From a virus (lineage: Duplodnaviria > Caudoviricetes): a DNA stretch of 25,710 nt. The stretch is from positions 1 to 25,710 of IMG/VR virus record IMGVR_UViG_3300025086_000209; one strand, written 5' to 3'. Below, one piece after another: positions 22,954 through 25,710 of the stretch (positions are counted from its first letter, which is position 1; every line of letters begins with the position of its first letter). The notes beneath the pieces are model-generated. The model was not told where the DNA came from. It did not search any database and saw nothing but the letters and a program-made list of their open reading frames with translations. The position numbers and the translations under genes are program-made.

Positions 22954-25710
22954 ATGACAATAAATTCGACTACAAGAAAGACGAATGCGTTAGTTGGTAA
23001 TGGTAATACTGCTACATATCCTTTTGCGTTTAAAGTTTTTACAGATGCAGATGTTGTTGTAAAAAAATTAGAAACTGCAACAAGTATAGAAACTACATTA
23101 ACTCTTGGTGCAAGTAATGATTATATAGTTACTTTAAACTCAGACCAAAACGGTAACCCCGGTGGAAGCATAACTTTAAGGTCTGGCGGTAATAATCAAA
23201 ATTTAGCAAGTGGATTTACTATTGTTATTACTTCTGCTCTAACACCATTACAAGGTACAGACTTAACAAACCAAGGTGGATTTTATCCAGAAGTTATTAA
23301 TGACGCATTAGATAAGTCAGTAATTTTACATCAACAGCAACAAGACGAATTAGATAGATCTATAAAATTTTCATTAACTAATACTATTGGTAGTTTAGAA
23401 ATTACAGAAAATGCTGCTGCTCGTAAAAACAGAGTACTTGGTTTTGATAATTTAGGTGAGTTTGAAGTACTAAAAGAATTAGGAACTTACCGTGGTAATT
23501 GGGCTGCAAGTACTAGTTATGCTGTAAGAGATCTTGTTAAAGATACTTCTACTAATAATATTTTCTTTTGTAATACAGCACATACATCTTCTGGTTCACA
23601 ACCATTAACAACCAATACTAACTCTGCTAACTGGGATCTTATTGTAGACGCAGCGTCAGCAACTACTGCACAAAACAATGCAGCATCATCAGCTACAGCA
23701 TCTGCAAACTCTGCAACGGCATCAGCTAATAGTGCAACAGCAGCAGCAACTAGTGAGAGCAATGCATCAACCTCTGCATCAACTGCAACTACTAAAGCTA
23801 GTCAAGCAGATACTGCAAAGACAGCAGCAGAGACAGCTAAGACGGCTGCTGAAACAGCACAAACCGCAGCAGAAACTGCACTAGATACTTTTGATGATAG
23901 ATATTTAGGTACAAAATCTTCTGACCCTAGTGTTGATAATGACGGTAATGCACTTATAGATGGAGCATTATATTTCAATACAACAGTTAATAGAACTAAA
24001 GTTTACGACCTTGGAAATACTCAATGGTTAGAAGTAACAATAACAGGATCTGATTTAACAAATACTAATACCGTAGCAGCAGCAATAGCTAATGTTAATA
24101 ATGTAGGTGGGTCTATAGCAAACGTCAATACTGTAAGTGGAGCTATAGCTAACGTAAATACAGTTGCAGGTAACATATCAAATGTTAATGCGGTAGCAAG
24201 TGATATTGCAAAAGTAGTAACAGCAGCAAATGATTTACAGGAAACAACATCTGAAATAGATACTGTTGCTAACAGCATTACTAATGTAGATTTGGTTGGT
24301 AATAATATTTCTAATATCAATGCTATTGGAACTATTCTTGCAGGTCAAACAACATACGCAATAACTGTTGTTGGCGGTGTATATTACGTTGATGGAGTAT
24401 CTAAACCTACTTTAAATATAATTAGAGGATTTACTTATATATTTAATCAAGCAGATAACTCAAATAATAACCACCTTATAGCATTTAAAGATGGCAGCGG
24501 AAACTCATATACAACTGGAGTTACAGTAAATGGAACAGCAGGTCAAGCCGGAGCTAATGTAACTTTTGTTGTACCGGCAAACGCACCTAGTTCATTACGT
24601 TATTACTGCACAGTACATGGTAATGGCATGGGCAATACTATTGCTGTTGGCGATGACAATATAGGTGTTGTAGCAGGTGATATTAGCAATGTTAATTCTG
24701 TTGCAGGTGCGATAACAAACGTAAACAACGTAGGCGGTAGCATTGCAAATGTTAATACCGTTGCATCTAACCTTAGTGGTGTTAATGCTTTTGCTGCTAG
24801 ATATAGGATTGGTTCTAGTAATCCCACAAGTGATCTTGATGCAGGTGATTTATTTTTTAATACCTCTCTACAAAAATTACTTGTTTATAACGGAACTACT
24901 AGTGCATGGGAAGAAACACAAACTATTGGTAATTTCTTTATAAATACAATAAGCCAATTTTCTGGTACGGGTGGTGATAGTGCCACGTTTAATGGTTCTG
25001 CTTATAAATTTACTTTAAGTAATGCAGGTGCTTTTGCTCAACAGATGCTTGTAAGTATTGCAGGTGTAATACAAAAACCTAATTCTGGTACAGGACAACC
25101 TAGTGAAGGGTTTGCTTTGGATGGTGCAAACATTGTATTTAGTTCTGCTCCTCCTAGTGGTGCTGATTTCTTTATTGTTACTATTGGTGCATCGGTAAGT
25201 ATTGGAACTCCAAGTGATAACACAGTAACAAGTGCAAAGATAGTTGATGGAGCTATTGTTAACGCTGACGTAAATGCAAGTGCAGCAATAGCAGGTTCTA
25301 AATTAGCAGATGATTCTATATCTCTAGCAAAATTAGAACATGGTACTTCTAGTAATAACGGAAAGTTTTTAAGAGCTAATAATGGTGCTGACCCTACTTA
25401 TGAAACATTAGACCTTACTGCTTTAAGTGCATCTAATTTAACTTCTGGAACAGTACCTGACGCTAGATTTCCGGCAACTTTACCAGCAGCATCAGGAGCA
25501 AACCTAACTAATTTACCAGCAGCAAACCTTACTGGAACATTACCAGCTATTGATGGCTCTAGTTTGACAGGAGTTTCATCACAAAAAGCTGATGGTTGCA
25601 TAACAGAAAACTCACAAACAATTTCAAATAATTACACTATGGGTACAAACAAGTCAGGAATTAGTGCAGGGCCAATAACAATAGCTAATAATGTAACTGT
25701 TAACATCCCG
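22954..25710 (+). CDS. Tail fibre protein (partial, at least 919 codons; not in ORF track because it has no stop in the window)
   Basis: MTINSTTRK...GNG.TATYPFAFKVF...DY.V...GGSITL...DLTNQGGFYPEVINDALDK is a T7 gp17-like N-terminal anchor. It is followed by an Ala/Thr coiled coil, NVNxVAG repeats, GVIQKP and an ENSQTIS.NYT...SAGPITI terminal motif. Confidence 0.92.
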   Translation, partial: MTINSTTRKTNALVGNGNTATYPFAFKVFTDADVVVKKLETATSIETTLTLGASNDYIVTLNSDQNGNPGGSITLRSGGNNQNLASGFTIVITSALTPLQGTDLTNQGGFYPEVINDALDKSVILHQQQQDELDRSIKFSLTNTIGSLEITENAAARKNRVLGFDNLGEFEVLKELGTYRGNWAASTSYAVRDLVKDTSTNNIFFCNTAHTSSGSQPLTTNTNSANWDLIVDAASATTAQNNAASSATASANSATASANSATAAATSESNASTSASTATTKASQADTAKTAAETAKTAAETAQTAAETALDTFDDRYLGTKSSDPSVDNDGNALIDGALYFNTTVNRTKVYDLGNTQWLEVTITGSDLTNTNTVAAAIANVNNVGGSIANVNTVSGAIANVNTVAGNISNVNAVASDIAKVVTAANDLQETTSEIDTVANSITNVDLVGNNISNINAIGTILAGQTTYAITVVGGVYYVDGVSKPTLNIIRGFTYIFNQADNSNNNHLIAFKDGSGNSYTTGVTVNGTAGQAGANVTFVVPANAPSSLRYYCTVHGNGMGNTIAVGDDNIGVVAGDISNVNSVAGAITNVNNVGGSIANVNTVASNLSGVNAFAARYRIGSSNPTSDLDAGDLFFNTSLQKLLVYNGTTSAWEETQTIGNFFINTISQFSGTGGDSATFNGSAYKFTLSNAGAFAQQMLVSIAGVIQKPNSGTGQPSEGFALDGANIVFSSAPPSGADFFIVTIGASVSIGTPSDNTVTSAKIVDGAIVNADVNASAAIAGSKLADDSISLAKLEHGTSSNNGKFLRANNGADPTYETLDLTALSASNLTSGTVPDARFPATLPAASGANLTNLPAANLTGTLPAIDGSSLTGVSSQKADGCITENSQTISNNYTMGTNKSGISAGPITIANNVTVNIP
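23650..23880 (+). repeat. Ala/Ser/Thr-rich heptad repeats in the fibre (SATASAN, AKTAAET/AQTAAET; 21-nt period)
   Basis: Translation ...SATASANSATASANSATAAA...TAKTAAETAKTAAETAQTAAETA with synonymous divergence between units. Confidence 0.85.
24061..24790 (+). repeat. 10-aa (30-nt) I[A/S/T]NVNxV[A/G][G/S]x repeats in two blocks (~24061-24330 and ~24661-24790) flanking an inserted domain
   Basis: IANVNNVGGS IANVNTVSGA IANVNTVAGN ISNVNAVASD, then ISNVNSVAGA ITNVNNVGGS IANVNTVASN. Confidence 0.85.

Larger units (their letters stand above)
1..25710 (+). mobile_element. Packaging, head, tail and ejection module of a BPP-1/epsilon15-like podophage (phage or prophage fragment)
   Basis: Contiguous + strand genes in canonical order terS-terL-portal-scaffold-MCP-cement-adaptor-nozzle-internal proteins-fibre. 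No host genes or integrase in the window. Confidence 0.95.

Noticed and set aside
24061-24790. 30-nt periodic repeats as a CRISPR array
   Set aside because: The repeats are in-frame protein repeats with synonymous divergence and no spacers.
328-25601. Minus-strand ORFs in the track (e.g. 3928-4341, 14084-14488, 17205-17594, 22290-22718)
   Set aside because: All lie antisense to confident + strand genes. They are S/L/I/F-rich shadows of the sense codon bias with no recognisable motifs.
22954-25710. Diversity-generating retroelement as in BPP-1
   Set aside because: No reverse transcriptase or TR/VR repeat pair is visible in the window. The region downstream cannot be seen.

Overview
AT-rich, single-strand-oriented (+) morphogenesis region of a tailed dsDNA podophage with a BPP-1/epsilon15-like gene order. 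The order is terS (partial), terL, a 2OG-Fe(II) hydroxylase and a GNAT, a small virion protein, portal, four small ORFs, a Bbp19-like protein, scaffold, major capsid, cement protein, a small HeH-like protein, terminator, adaptor, nozzle, three internal/ejection proteins (the last a 2809-aa polyvalent protein) and a tail fibre that runs off the window. A marine picocyanobacterial-type host is an inference only. Main observations: (1) four small ORFs between portal and scaffold, two missing from the ORF track, share the scaffold's C-terminal [A/L]xxLY motif, a candidate capsid cargo-loading tag. (2) A 133-aa +1-frame gene is nested over a GC-rich, ART-like insert in the giant ejection protein, a candidate built-in immunity gene. 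(3) A four-copy promoter, GTGTGACCGTAA-N16-TAnnnT, has exact spacing. (4) CCWGG and GGWCC sites are avoided at the codon level. (5) A cupredoxin-like H/C/H/M domain is inserted in the tail fibre. Family assignments come from recalled motifs, not from searches.
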